Virus record (IMG/VR): IMGVR_UViG_3300037249_001405
Location: 1 to 64,000 of that record
Strand: one strand, 5' to 3'
DNA: 64,000 bases
Origin: a virus
Lineage: Duplodnaviria; Caudoviricetes
Shown here: in pieces, positions 19,863 to 30,671 of the stretch
How the letters are laid out: each line of letters opens with the position of its first letter
Position numbering within the stretch: the stretch's first letter is position 1
Translations under genes and position numbers: made by a program
Notes under the pieces: generated by a model
Seen by the model: the letters and a program-made list of their open reading frames with translations, nothing else
Databases searched by the model: none
What the model was told of the DNA's origin: nothing

Positions 19863-22460
19863 TTAATTTGCTAAATCACTATAATCTACTGTAATATCTA
19901 ACGTAATATCTTTCTCAACTAAATCATCTAATCTAACATCCATTTCTATATCTACTTTATTCTCTAATTCCGTTGGTAAGAACTTAGTTAAAACAATCGA
20001 TCTAACTATTTTATATGTATCTTGAATTTTACTTAAAATATTTTCGATCTCATTCTGTATTTTACTCATGTTCTTCTCTCCTAAAAATCTCCAACGATTC
20101 TTTTGTAATTCTCTTTGTATCTTTCCAGCTATGAATCTAAATAAAATTGTTGTTACTGCTTTAGGATTAACACCATTTTGAAATGATTTATAGAAATAAT
20201 TTATGTTATTATTAATTAAATAGTTTGATTTATAAGCTTCTAACAAGGTCTTTGTAACAGAATTTGAATAAACGTTTTCAAAATCAGCAATTGGATCCTC
20301 GTAAATAGCTTGGTTTGTTGAGATAGAGTACTTATCTGTTAATATCCCTCTAATAAAAACATAATAACCCGGTCTATATTTCCCATTTACTAATAGATCC
20401 CTGTAAAAATAAACCAACCTGTTCTCTGTATCTTTTGTATAATTGAAGATATAATCATTATCAGAGTAAGTTAATAAAGAAATTCTAATCGACTCAGAAT
20501 CATTCTCTAACTCGTTTTCAGTTATTTCTTTATTATTTATATAATACATTGCGGATTCATTATCATCAGATATAATCGTATAGAATACGTTATCATCCAT
20601 GTCTCGTCCCTCTTTGTATTTGTGAAAAGCTTCTAATAAAGTATCAGCTTTTATAACTCCTCTTGTGATATCTTCATCTGTTAACTCAGATTTATAATAC
20701 AAACAGCATCTATAACTATCAATATTACAATCATTATTTTGGATTAAAAACTGACAATTAAATTCAGTAGCATAACTTAATAATTTTTTGTAATAAGAAT
20801 AGTACTTTTCACTGATATCAACAGAAGTACTGTATTTAGTAATATTAGGTATTAAAAAGAAATCCGGGTATACAGGCTCTGCTTGATCATTAAAGAGAAT
20901 AGATATTGCTTTCCTCCAACATTCACTATTCCACTCTAATTCTTTTTTCTCATTTCTTCCGCCTCTTAAAACATAATTCCCTTCTTTTATCCTTCTACCT
21001 GGTTTTTGAATACTACAATAAACTAATCTAGATTTTCTAGAAATAACGTAATCCAATCTTTCTTCTGTTCTATCTTCAGTAGGTCTAGTAGGGGCTTCAA
21101 ATGTTTCAGTATAACCGTATTTAGAAATAGTCACCCTGTAGTAGGGATCTACGTCTATATCAGTTGTAGTATCATCTTCTATTTCAACCTTTTCTATATT
21201 AATACTTATTCGGTCTTCGTCGTGCTCCGTTCCACCTATTGTTTTACTCCAGAACTCTACTACGTTATTGTCGTTGTCTATAGCGCTTTTTGCTATGATA
21301 TTATAAGAAGTTTTTATATCTGGTTCATAATCTAATCCAGGCAAATTGTTAAAGTATGTAACTTTAACTGGTTTGCTTGAATATGCCTTAAACTCACCAT
21401 TCTCGATATTCTCTATGGTATACCCTAATGCTTCAAATTCATTAGCTAATTCATTTACAAAATCCAAAACAGTCATTTCATTCGGTGATAATTGCTTTCT
21501 TTCTGAACAGAAATCAATAATCTCTTGTGGAATTAGACTTAAACTTGCATTATAAATTAACTTACTTTCACCTGATACTGGATTTATTATAACAAAATAC
21601 ATTCCGTTATAACTATATTGAGTGTAAGTATTTCTTAAATGGAATACTAATGTATCCTTTCCTTCATTTATTCTACTTAAATCAATTTTGTCTGTATTTA
21701 AGTTAACTTTAGTATCGGAATATACACCAATTTTATCCAATTTTGTAAATTCCGGGTGTGTATATGGTATAAGTTCTAAATTTGTAATAGTTAGAGTATC
21801 TCTATTGTTAAGAGATTCTGAGAAATTTTCCAGATTTTGTGGAAGTTGGGACGTAACTACGAAGGTATCATCCAACCAAATCCAAAAATCACTGGGGTCA
21901 TTTATAGTCGGAATCTTAAACTGATCTCCGGATAATATTTTTCCAATATCATCTAGATCATTCTCATCAAAATAAATATCATCGCTAAAACTTTTGATAT
22001 CTTTTCCGAAATACATGATCCAACTGTTATTTTTCCAGATATAATAATCAAAATTTGTCTTATCTGAGTTTAATACTTTATATTTATATGTACCCCCTTT
22101 CTCTACTTTTTTCATAAGATAAAAAAAGGAGATTGTAGTTTCATCAACTAAACCACCATTGATACTTAAGGTATCCCAGTCGTTGTAATCAATGAATTCA
22201 ACATCTCCTTTCATATTTGTAGATTTTTCACTGATAGGTTTGTATAAATATAGAGTAACATCGCTACCTAATAGTTCCAAGAAATAATCTCTGTCTATAA
22301 AATCTTTAGAAAACCAGATATCTAATTCATCACTGGAATTCACTAAGACAGGATTTTCATAAGAAGTAGGAGAATTAATAATTTGACCCACTATCGTATA
22401 TTTATTTTGTATTTCCTGAACGTTGTAATTGATATGAGTTTTCCCTAATTTTATATACAT
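19863..22460 (-). CDS. Second, divergent tail sheath-like protein
   Basis: N-terminal PVLVNSSDELDIWF and C-terminal WRFLGEK...VDIEMDVRL...DITLDI parallel the sheath termini; LRGG and PDFFLIP are also sheath-like. Confidence 0.55.
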   Translation of the reverse strand: MYIKLGKTHINYNVQEIQNKYTIVGQIINSPTSYENPVLVNSSDELDIWFSKDFIDRDYFLELLGSDVTLYLYKPISEKSTNMKGDVEFIDYNDWDTLSINGGLVDETTISFFYLMKKVEKGGTYKYKVLNSDKTNFDYYIWKNNSWIMYFGKDIKSFSDDIYFDENDLDDIGKILSGDQFKIPTINDPSDFWIWLDDTFVVTSQLPQNLENFSESLNNRDTLTITNLELIPYTHPEFTKLDKIGVYSDTKVNLNTDKIDLSRINEGKDTLVFHLRNTYTQYSYNGMYFVIINPVSGESKLIYNASLSLIPQEIIDFCSERKQLSPNEMTVLDFVNELANEFEALGYTIENIENGEFKAYSSKPVKVTYFNNLPGLDYEPDIKTSYNIIAKSAIDNDNNVVEFWSKTIGGTEHDEDRISINIEKVEIEDDTTTDIDVDPYYRVTISKYGYTETFEAPTRPTEDRTEERLDYVISRKSRLVYCSIQKPGRRIKEGNYVLRGGRNEKKELEWNSECWRKAISILFNDQAEPVYPDFFLIPNITKYSTSVDISEKYYSYYKKLLSYATEFNCQFLIQNNDCNIDSYRCCLYYKSELTDEDITRGVIKADTLLEAFHKYKEGRDMDDNVFYTIISDDNESAMYYINNKEITENELENDSESIRISLLTYSDNDYIFNYTKDTENRLVYFYRDLLVNGKYRPGYYVFIRGILTDKYSISTNQAIYEDPIADFENVYSNSVTKTLLEAYKSNYLINNNINYFYKSFQNGVNPKAVTTILFRFIAGKIQRELQKNRWRFLGEKNMSKIQNEIENILSKIQDTYKIVRSIVLTKFLPTELENKVDIEMDVRLDDLVEKDITLDITVDYSDLAN

Positions 22461-22462
22461 GA

Positions 22463-25400
22463 TTAATAATGTGATTTATAATCTTTTTGGGGATATAGAG
22501 TCTCTCGCGTGTACCACTCATCTACACACAGAATATTACTTTGGTAGAGTTCTTCATCCCCAGGTGGACAATCCTCATACTTCATATTATAAGAACCCAA
22601 AATAGTTCTATCTTGAGCCATCTGTACGTAAAGTGGATCTCCACTGTTCATATCACCGCCATAATTCGGATCGGGATTAGGATTTCCGAACTTCTCACCT
22701 AAGGCTGTATTACCATAAATATCATACGCATTACTATTAGTCTTCATAGAGAATACCATGATATTTCCTGTATCTGGATCTTTAACTGTCTCGATATTTA
22801 CGGCATCTGGATCATCATTTGGATTAGCCATATCACCCTTAACTAGGTACGGTCTACCTGTTGTTCCGTAAACAACCTTGTAATAACCATTACCAGGATT
22901 TTTCTTAGCATTACCCGTCTTCGTCGTTGTGTTAGTTTTATCTGTTGGTTTTGATGGCGGATTAGGTGGAGTTTTATCTTCATCTACCGGAGCATCTTCA
23001 TCTATTTCACCACCATCGACCTGAACTGTCTTCAAATCCTCCTCCGCTTGCTTCTGAATTCTGAGGTATTCATCATACGTCTCTTTATCTCCAGTCTCAA
23101 GGTATTCCGCATAAGCATCTTTACCCTCTTTTCTAGCTTGTGCCGCTCTTTTCTTATTGTATTCCTCTCTCTTTTTGTCTTTAGCAGTTTCTGGATCTAT
23201 CAAATCTTCTTCATTCTCCTCTGGAGGATTCTCACCAACAATACTGAATCTTAATTGAACATCATTTCCTGGAGAATCAATTTCTCCAGCATAAGATTCT
23301 GTAAAATCTTTCAATACAACTAAAAGATCAAACTTTCTTATTGTACTATATTGAGGTGAAAGAATGAATATTTGACATCTCCAGGTAACGTTTTTATAGA
23401 GAGCAACAACAGGAGCTGACTGATCAATGACTGTAGGTATTGGGTAAGGGTCTTCATAGAATTCTTTTGTATGTGGTTCCGAATTATAGGTTGATACTTC
23501 CATAACTCTTCTCCAGAATCCTGACCAAGACTTTAGAGAATCATTAATCATTGTCATGCTAAGCTCATTTAAGAATTCGCAACCAACAGGATATACTATT
23601 TCACCTTCGAAAATTCCTAAAGATTTTGTAGCTAATTTAGACTTCTCTAATTCGAAATTTGTAATAGGAAGCCATTCATTGTATCCAGTAAAAATACCAT
23701 GATCATGTAGATTCCTAACATTTATTTCACGAATTGAAGGTAGATAGCTAAATCCTCCATTCATATTTTTGTGAACGAATGGTTCAAGCTTTATTTCCCA
23801 GAACGAGTTGCTTGATAATGTTTGTGATTTATAACCATTTATAGTAGATCCGAATTTACCGGGTGTAGTAATATTAGGTGAATTTATTAAGATCTTCTTA
23901 AAATCTTCTAGAGTATTTATGGGTTCAGTTATATCATAGTTACACAAATCTGATAGTGTTGTTAGAACACCTGGAACAGCGAATCTATTAGATACACTAA
24001 TTACTCCGTTTGTTTGAGTTCTACTAGCTTCTTTAAGTTTATACTCAATTTCTAAATTCTTATCACCCCAGGATTTATCTTTTCCTATATAACCTCTTCC
24101 ATTATCAACGAAAGTGGATGTAGTAATAGTTTTAGGCCTTGTAGTTCCACCAAGTAAGAATGTTTTAGCATTTTTCTTGATTGTATCCTTATTGCCTTTT
24201 AAACCTTCTCCCTTTTTCCAACTATCATACTCAGCGGCTGATACATCTGGTCTATTTCTAGCCCCGTCGGATAATGAATTACCCTTTAATGCAGCTTTAG
24301 CTTGTGCTACAAGTTTATCACCAATGCCCTTTGTTCCTTGATTAGCAAGAGCAATAGCGTATTGATTACTTAAACTACTTCCTGGAAGTCTATCTCGATT
24401 AGTATTAGTATTTCTCTCTATACTATCCCTAATATAAACTAGCATACCTAAAGTCTCTTCTAGCATTCTTCTTTTATTTAAAGGTATTCCAGTATATTGA
24501 GTTATAGCTGAAGAAACCATAGAAGAACCGCCTAGTTTGAATTTTCCAATTTTAATTTTACCATATTTATCAACAGTCTCTGATACTTTAGTATATAAGT
24601 TAAAAGCTGCATCCGTAATTTTTTCAGCTACTAATCTTAAATACTTGTTTAGGTTAATACTAGATCCAGGATTAGATAACAAGTTAGCAATTCCTAGAGG
24701 ATTTATATAACCATTATCCATTACTAATCCCTTTGCTATATTACCAAAATCAGCATTAGATGGTAAATGATACTTTTCTCTCTTTTTTAAAGCTTGATGA
24801 GAGTAGAATTCTGACTCTAGTACATTACCCTCTTCATCTTTTAATGGATCAGATAAAGAATTCACCCAATCACCATTAGCATCCCTAGTTTGGTGAAGTG
24901 GTCTGCTATAGTCAGCGTAAGGATGAGTTTTATCATAATCAGATCCTAAAAGAGATTGTCTAATCAACTGTGTTAAATAAGATGTATCATGAACGCTGCC
25001 TCTAGCGTATACTCTAGCTTCTACAGCAGCATTGATGATATTTCTCCTAACATCAGCTTCGTTTTCAGATATTCCAATTTTTGGATTTCTAACTCTCGGA
25101 TTTGGATCACTAGTGTTATGACTAGCTAAAATTTTCTTAAATTGATCTAGGTTTTGTGAATTAATCAATGCTCCTATATAGTCGAAACCTAACTTCCAAC
25201 GAACATTATTATTTTTATCAACTGTTTTGTATTTGTAAATATAATCGGTTTTATTTGTTTTATCAAAATTATTAGCATCATCTGGTCTGATAACGTTAGC
25301 ATTTCCCCCTCTTTCTTTTATTAAATCTTGTAAGAGTTGAATTGTAGCAGGTAATATTTTAGCTCTAACTACTTTACCGTCATCATCTAGGTCATAATCT

Positions 25401-27676
25401 TCTACATCCTCTTTAAATTTTCGATAAGAAGCTCCATTCTCATCGCTATTTTCTGGTACGTATAGATTAGGAACCTTAAATTTATACAATTTCAATAGTT
25501 GCGATAATTCATCTACCGTTTTAGCTTTTACTAAATAAGAAAAGAGGTTATCAATATCACTACTACCGTCTCCTGATGTTGCTATTATTTTAGTGTTGTA
25601 AGGATCAATTTGTCTAGAATCATTGGTTGGAATAGATTTTCTGTTCCTTTCATTTATTTGACTAGATACAGTAATAGAATCAATCCAGTTTTCTATAAAA
25701 TTATCCTTATTTTTATCATCGTCTCCAATAAAATACTTTGCACTAGAATTAAAATAAGATGTAACTAATGCTTCGGTCTTATTAATCCATTCAGTAGAGC
25801 CTACAGCTACAGAACCATCCTTTTTAATATCCTGTAACAGCTTCATAATTCTATTAAACAATCCGGTATTGTCCAGAGACTTTGACTTAACTATTTCATT
25901 AATAGCTGCGTCTATAGAGGATGCATTTAAAAAATTTTTTAAGCTGTTAGAGATAGGACTTTTATTTTCATCACTTTTTAAACTTAACCTATCTTTCTCA
26001 TCATGTAATTTTATAGGAGGTCTGTAATCATTATCTATTATAAACTTTCCGTCCTCAAGATGATCAACTTTCTCCTCTACTTGTAATTTTTCTTTATCAA
26101 ATTCAAGATGAATATTTGTATTGACATCAAGGTTCTCTACAAACTGAGAAAGATCTGTTATCTCAGGTATATTGTCCTGATTTATTTTATCAGAGGTAGT
26201 TGGTAGGTCGGAAACTAAATCTTCTACGTTTAGACCAACTAATTTACTATCTAAATCATCGGGTTCTCTGTTTTTCCCTTCGAGAATCTGAATCTTTTCT
26301 TCAGTTAAATCATCAATCTCTGGGATATCCCCGAGAATTTTCTTTTTTCTCGAATCTAACTCTGATTCTCTGTCATCGATTAAGTCAAGTCTATTCTTAG
26401 ATAGTTCTTCAGGTGATTTAGTTTCACTGTTTTTTAGAGGATCCTTATCAGTAGGTAATTTATTAACGCTTAGACCATAATTACTTAAGATATCTTCTTT
26501 TTCATTAGGAAGTTTCTTAATCTCGTTTTCATCCTCAATTTCCAATCTTTCCTTAGAAAGACTAATTTCTCTTTTATCTTCAAGATCCAATTTTTTATCC
26601 GAGAGAGAATCAATGTCGCTAACGTCAATTCTCTCTCGATAATCAGAAAGAGCTGCTTCCCTTTTATCTTCTATGGTTTCTTTGTGGTCTGATAACTCTG
26701 GGTTATCTTCTACAGATAATTTCTCTGAGCTATCAGGAAGAGTTTCTACTGGTTCATTTACTTGAAGCTTAATAGAATCTTCTGGAAGATTTCTTAACTT
26801 ATCTTCTACCTGAATAGTATCTTTGTCATTAGGTAATTCTAATTCTTGATTTACTTGAATATCTTCACGATAATTCTCTAGCTCTACCGTACTGTCATCA
26901 TTCAATCTTTCTTGATAAGTAGATAATTGAGTGTTATCTACAACATTCAATTTATCAACTACATCAGTTAGATTTATTTCTCTTTGATCTGTTAATATTT
27001 CTTTCTTTGTAGAAAGAGAAACAGTATTAAGATCTGTTAATCCCTCTAATTTCTGGTGAGGGGTTAAAGATTGAACTTTATCATCAACATCTAACTTGTC
27101 CTTTTCAGTTGAAAGAGGAATAGTTCTATCTGGAGTATCTAGATCAACTCTATCATTAGATAATTCAGTAATCTCTTTGTTCCCTTGGATTTTTATAATA
27201 TCTTTTACTAGTTTCTTAGTCCAATCCTCAGGAGCTTCATTAGGGTTAATCTCAACCGCTTTCGATGGTAGTTTATCAATATCTTGATCTACAACAGACA
27301 ACTTATCAACTCTATCATCTAATTTCTTTACTGGATCTTCAGATTCTACGAGTTTTATTTTTTCTTGTAATAAATCTACTACATCTTTTGATTCGTTCTT
27401 TAGCATTGGGTCTGCATCTGTTGCTAAAGAAAATTGAGAATCATCTGATATTTTATCTAAATACGCGTGATCTGATAAATTTTCTATTTCAACAAGTTTA
27501 CCAGTCTTCCTACCAAATAAAGCTAAACTCTCTTCACCTAAAGAAGTATGTTCATCCTGTGTTGAATGAATTTTCTTTAGGTATTTAGAGAGTGCTTTAA
27601 TTTCTTCAGGTCTTGTAAACTTCTCGCTTCCTGGTATTTTATTTGTTCCAAGAATATTGTTATCCAAGGTTTCCAT
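22463..27676 (-). CDS. Large virion protein: N-terminal acidic ~11-aa repeats, tube-like domain near the C-terminus
   Basis: LSxxKExLxDxRE-type repeats over the first ~550 aa; SFWEIKLEP...ELSMTMIND..W...CQIFIL...VQLRFSIVGE resembles a tube fold. Confidence 0.5.
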   Translation of the reverse strand: METLDNNILGTNKIPGSEKFTRPEEIKALSKYLKKIHSTQDEHTSLGEESLALFGRKTGKLVEIENLSDHAYLDKISDDSQFSLATDADPMLKNESKDVVDLLQEKIKLVESEDPVKKLDDRVDKLSVVDQDIDKLPSKAVEINPNEAPEDWTKKLVKDIIKIQGNKEITELSNDRVDLDTPDRTIPLSTEKDKLDVDDKVQSLTPHQKLEGLTDLNTVSLSTKKEILTDQREINLTDVVDKLNVVDNTQLSTYQERLNDDSTVELENYREDIQVNQELELPNDKDTIQVEDKLRNLPEDSIKLQVNEPVETLPDSSEKLSVEDNPELSDHKETIEDKREAALSDYRERIDVSDIDSLSDKKLDLEDKREISLSKERLEIEDENEIKKLPNEKEDILSNYGLSVNKLPTDKDPLKNSETKSPEELSKNRLDLIDDRESELDSRKKKILGDIPEIDDLTEEKIQILEGKNREPDDLDSKLVGLNVEDLVSDLPTTSDKINQDNIPEITDLSQFVENLDVNTNIHLEFDKEKLQVEEKVDHLEDGKFIIDNDYRPPIKLHDEKDRLSLKSDENKSPISNSLKNFLNASSIDAAINEIVKSKSLDNTGLFNRIMKLLQDIKKDGSVAVGSTEWINKTEALVTSYFNSSAKYFIGDDDKNKDNFIENWIDSITVSSQINERNRKSIPTNDSRQIDPYNTKIIATSGDGSSDIDNLFSYLVKAKTVDELSQLLKLYKFKVPNLYVPENSDENGASYRKFKEDVEDYDLDDDGKVVRAKILPATIQLLQDLIKERGGNANVIRPDDANNFDKTNKTDYIYKYKTVDKNNNVRWKLGFDYIGALINSQNLDQFKKILASHNTSDPNPRVRNPKIGISENEADVRRNIINAAVEARVYARGSVHDTSYLTQLIRQSLLGSDYDKTHPYADYSRPLHQTRDANGDWVNSLSDPLKDEEGNVLESEFYSHQALKKREKYHLPSNADFGNIAKGLVMDNGYINPLGIANLLSNPGSSINLNKYLRLVAEKITDAAFNLYTKVSETVDKYGKIKIGKFKLGGSSMVSSAITQYTGIPLNKRRMLEETLGMLVYIRDSIERNTNTNRDRLPGSSLSNQYAIALANQGTKGIGDKLVAQAKAALKGNSLSDGARNRPDVSAAEYDSWKKGEGLKGNKDTIKKNAKTFLLGGTTRPKTITTSTFVDNGRGYIGKDKSWGDKNLEIEYKLKEASRTQTNGVISVSNRFAVPGVLTTLSDLCNYDITEPINTLEDFKKILINSPNITTPGKFGSTINGYKSQTLSSNSFWEIKLEPFVHKNMNGGFSYLPSIREINVRNLHDHGIFTGYNEWLPITNFELEKSKLATKSLGIFEGEIVYPVGCEFLNELSMTMINDSLKSWSGFWRRVMEVSTYNSEPHTKEFYEDPYPIPTVIDQSAPVVALYKNVTWRCQIFILSPQYSTIRKFDLLVVLKDFTESYAGEIDSPGNDVQLRFSIVGENPPEENEEDLIDPETAKDKKREEYNKKRAAQARKEGKDAYAEYLETGDKETYDEYLRIQKQAEEDLKTVQVDGGEIDEDAPVDEDKTPPNPPSKPTDKTNTTTKTGNAKKNPGNGYYKVVYGTTGRPYLVKGDMANPNDDPDAVNIETVKDPDTGNIMVFSMKTNSNAYDIYGNTALGEKFGNPNPDPNYGGDMNSGDPLYVQMAQDRTILGSYNMKYEDCPPGDEELYQSNILCVDEWYTRETLYPQKDYKSHY

Positions 27677-27677
27677 A

Positions 27678-28112
27678 TTAATTTGTTAATGTTTCTACTA
27701 TGCTTGATAGAACGTATGTAAACCAAACGTCTGCTACCTCAGAGAAGGCTTGTTTACTCATAACTTTAAATCTATAAGTTCTTTTGTCACGGGTATATTG
27801 TAATTCATCGCCTACCTCTATAGTACCATCGTTCGTAAATGCTTGGAGTTGGGACTGATTTCGATTCCAAACATCTTTCATATCATTCATATTCACTATT
27901 AATTTAGTAGTGAATTGTTCATAGTCATTTTCGAGTGTATTATCTGAAGAATATGCTCCTCCAAAAACATTTTTCCATTTTGAATTATCCTTAGGTCTGA
28001 GGACTACAAAGTCAGTCCCTAACATATCCAATTGTAGTTTTATTCCTTTCAAACCTATTTTATACAATGAATTGGCCTTATCTAATAATTTGGAGGCCAT
28101 ATTTTCTGCCAT
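27678..28112 (-). CDS. Putative head closure/neck protein (gp14-like)
   Basis: 144 aa; IEVGDELQY...YRFKV beta-barrel pattern typical of head-closure proteins. Confidence 0.45.
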   Translation of the reverse strand: MAENMASKLLDKANSLYKIGLKGIKLQLDMLGTDFVVLRPKDNSKWKNVFGGAYSSDNTLENDYEQFTTKLIVNMNDMKDVWNRNQSQLQAFTNDGTIEVGDELQYTRDKRTYRFKVMSKQAFSEVADVWFTYVLSSIVETLTN

Positions 28113-28116
28113 AATA

Positions 28117-28476
28117 TTACTCCATTAATATTGTACAAAATCCATTGATATCTATAATGGTTTTTACTAGACCTATATAATTCTTCAATTTAATTGGTCT
28201 AGGGAATGTCATTATAATATAACCGGATTCATTTTCCATTCTAGCTCTGTTAGTCGGGTCAAACATTCTAACATATGTCTCAACTGTGTACTGATCATAA
28301 ACTCTTTTTGGCGGTACATACACTTTTAAATTATTTAAATCAGCTGTTAAAGTGATATTATCTTTAGATATTTTTGGACTAACTTCAAAATCTTCTACTC
28401 CTGCATCTTCTACCTTATCTACTACTTCTTCTAGTGGCATATTAGCAGAAAAGTACCTATTAGTATATACAATCAT
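28117..28476 (-). CDS. Putative head protein with cargo leader
   Basis: MIVYTNRYFS leader followed by a small alpha/beta domain. Confidence 0.5.
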   Translation of the reverse strand: MIVYTNRYFSANMPLEEVVDKVEDAGVEDFEVSPKISKDNITLTADLNNLKVYVPPKRVYDQYTVETYVRMFDPTNRARMENESGYIIMTFPRPIKLKNYIGLVKTIIDINGFCTILME

Positions 28477-28478
28477 AA

Positions 28479-29843
28479 TTATGGTATTACATTAAATTTC
28501 AACTTAGTAGAGAATAATTTTTTCAGTAAGAATTCAAAATCGGATCTACTAACAATAGCATAAGTGTACGAAACAACATTCTCTATTTCAGATCTTCTTA
28601 TTCTATCCTTAGCTTTTCCATAGAATTCTTCATCAATAAGATCAGATTTATCACCCTTCTCAGCTGATACTACTAATATACCACCTACCATAGATATATT
28701 ACAATCACTATTGTTTTTATCTACGGTATAATTGAATCCTTTTACATATCGTAATTTTGTTAATGTATCAGTTAAGAATTCTGTGTTAAGTTCTTCCCTC
28801 TTTACTGGCATGCCAATCTTAACTTTTCCCTTCTCAACAGCTCTACCAATAGCGTGCTGAACTAATCGAGTTAAGTGATTTGATGCTGTTATTCCTAATT
28901 TCTTTTTCTTTATAGATCTAGCAATATCAATTAAAGTTTCTCCTCCATCATTTTTCAAAAATTCCAGAGCAGAATACTTCTCATCACCAGATAAAGAAAA
29001 CGTTTTTACTGAATCATCATCCTCCTCATCTATAACGTTATCGTTTACATAAGTTGATTTTGACTCACTATTTATACCTGATCTTATATCGGGATCGTCT
29101 ATTTTATCTACGTTAAACTCATTTACTCTTCTTGATATTAAATAATCTCTATCTAATACATTAACTTTTGAAGAGACAATTTCAGCAGCTTTTAAAATAT
29201 ATTTAGCAGCAATGTTATATGTTGTAAAGGTTATAGCAACAGCGTAAGAATTCTGAGATTTGTTAATCAAAGAAGCATGATAACTCATGTTAGGTTGAGA
29301 TTGAACGAAATCATCTAATGCAACAGAAAGTGAATCTAATTCATCATTTGTAACTCCGAAGGTGTACATAACGATTTGATCCTTTCTAATTCCAAAATTT
29401 AACTTGAAATCTGTAAGATTTCTATCATTATATACAATTTTATCCTTTAGCTTCTTATTAGTATCACCGTCCAACCCAATTGTTTTACTAATAATAGGAA
29501 CTCTGAACGAACCAAATTCTGATCTTATGTTTCTATCTAGCTTCTGGAAATCAATATCTTTAAGCGGTTTGTTAATATACTCAGATAATCCCTTTATTGC
29601 AATACCAGAAAGAGCACCATAAAGATAACCTGTACCTGCGCCTTGAAGAACCTTTTGTATCGTGCTTTTATTGGCGTCTTCATCACTGTTTGATAGGTAA
29701 CTCCTCAATCCGCCTAAACCAGCACCTACAATACCAGTAGCATTGGCAGCATCTATCCACCCTTCTACTGTTTCTTGCTTCGGTCCTGTATAATGTCCTT
29801 CAGGAATCGTATAATTTTTACTTTTCTTATTAAATTTTTTCAT
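28479..29843 (-). CDS. Putative head/cargo protein, paralog of 33199-34968
   Basis: SKNYT leader, glycine zipper, VKTFS; domains align by eye with 33199-34968. Confidence 0.5.
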   Translation of the reverse strand: MKKFNKKSKNYTIPEGHYTGPKQETVEGWIDAANATGIVGAGLGGLRSYLSNSDEDANKSTIQKVLQGAGTGYLYGALSGIAIKGLSEYINKPLKDIDFQKLDRNIRSEFGSFRVPIISKTIGLDGDTNKKLKDKIVYNDRNLTDFKLNFGIRKDQIVMYTFGVTNDELDSLSVALDDFVQSQPNMSYHASLINKSQNSYAVAITFTTYNIAAKYILKAAEIVSSKVNVLDRDYLISRRVNEFNVDKIDDPDIRSGINSESKSTYVNDNVIDEEDDDSVKTFSLSGDEKYSALEFLKNDGGETLIDIARSIKKKKLGITASNHLTRLVQHAIGRAVEKGKVKIGMPVKREELNTEFLTDTLTKLRYVKGFNYTVDKNNSDCNISMVGGILVVSAEKGDKSDLIDEEFYGKAKDRIRRSEIENVVSYTYAIVSRSDFEFLLKKLFSTKLKFNVIP

Positions 29844-29856
29844 GATTAAAGAAATA

Positions 29857-30606
29857 TTAATATATCATTTCTCCATACCATCCTGATACTACCTTAAATT
29901 GATCGCATCTACTTCTAACTTCCTGATAAGCACTGTCAACGTTACTAAATATATCCACACCAATTCCAGGTATTTGAACAGAGGATTTTAATTGTCTTAT
30001 AAAATCTAGTACATTAGCTAGTACTAAATCCATAAAATAATCACCCCTAGCACCTTCTTCTACATTCATCCAATAAATCGCAGCTTTTTTTGAATCCGGG
30101 TTAAATGTTTTATCTGGTAAAAAATCTGGTACTATAGGCCTACTACATAACCCTTTAACAATAAACTGATCACTACAAGGCATATCTTCTAAGAATACGT
30201 ATGGTCTACGATATTCAGAAAATGCTGTATAGGCATTTGGAACTGGGTAAGAAGTAACATAAGACAGACCACCTAATCTCCATTCAGGAAGAGCATTTGG
30301 TACGAGAATTATTTGATCCTCACTAATTGAACCATCGAGATAACAAGTAAAATTAGATTTAAATTCCCCAAAACCAGGCATTGTTTTGTTACAAGTACAG
30401 AGTTGTTCCTTTGTAACTTTCATTTCCAGAATTAGAGGAAAATCTTGTTCAAAATCTCTCAATGATTTCTTAAATATTTCTAGCAATATTTCATCAGCAG
30501 ATAAATGATCATTTAAACCTAAAATTTCATCTAATGAACTTATGGCTAGTAATGTTGTTCTAATAAATACTTTCTTTTTTAAGTCTGTAAGTAATGTTAT
30601 TTCCAT
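29857..30606 (-). CDS. Putative neck/adaptor protein (gp13-like); likely start ATG 30606
   Basis: Follows the sheath terminator; helical N- and C-termini with ...SVQIPGIGVD...YQEV, resembling head-tail adaptors. Confidence 0.45.
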   Translation of the reverse strand: MEITLLTDLKKKVFIRTTLLAISSLDEILGLNDHLSADEILLEIFKKSLRDFEQDFPLILEMKVTKEQLCTCNKTMPGFGEFKSNFTCYLDGSISEDQIILVPNALPEWRLGGLSYVTSYPVPNAYTAFSEYRRPYVFLEDMPCSDQFIVKGLCSRPIVPDFLPDKTFNPDSKKAAIYWMNVEEGARGDYFMDLVLANVLDFIRQLKSSVQIPGIGVDIFSNVDSAYQEVRSRCDQFKVVSGWYGEMIY

Positions 30607-30625
30607 TTTATTAGAAAAATTAAAA

Positions 30626-30664
30626 AAGAAAGAGTAAAGGTCATAAAACCTCACTCTTTCTTTG
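30626..30664 (-). terminator. Terminator after sheath gene
   Basis: AAAGAAAGAGT...ACTCTTTCTTT hairpin. Confidence 0.65.
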
Positions 30665-30671
30665 TATTTAA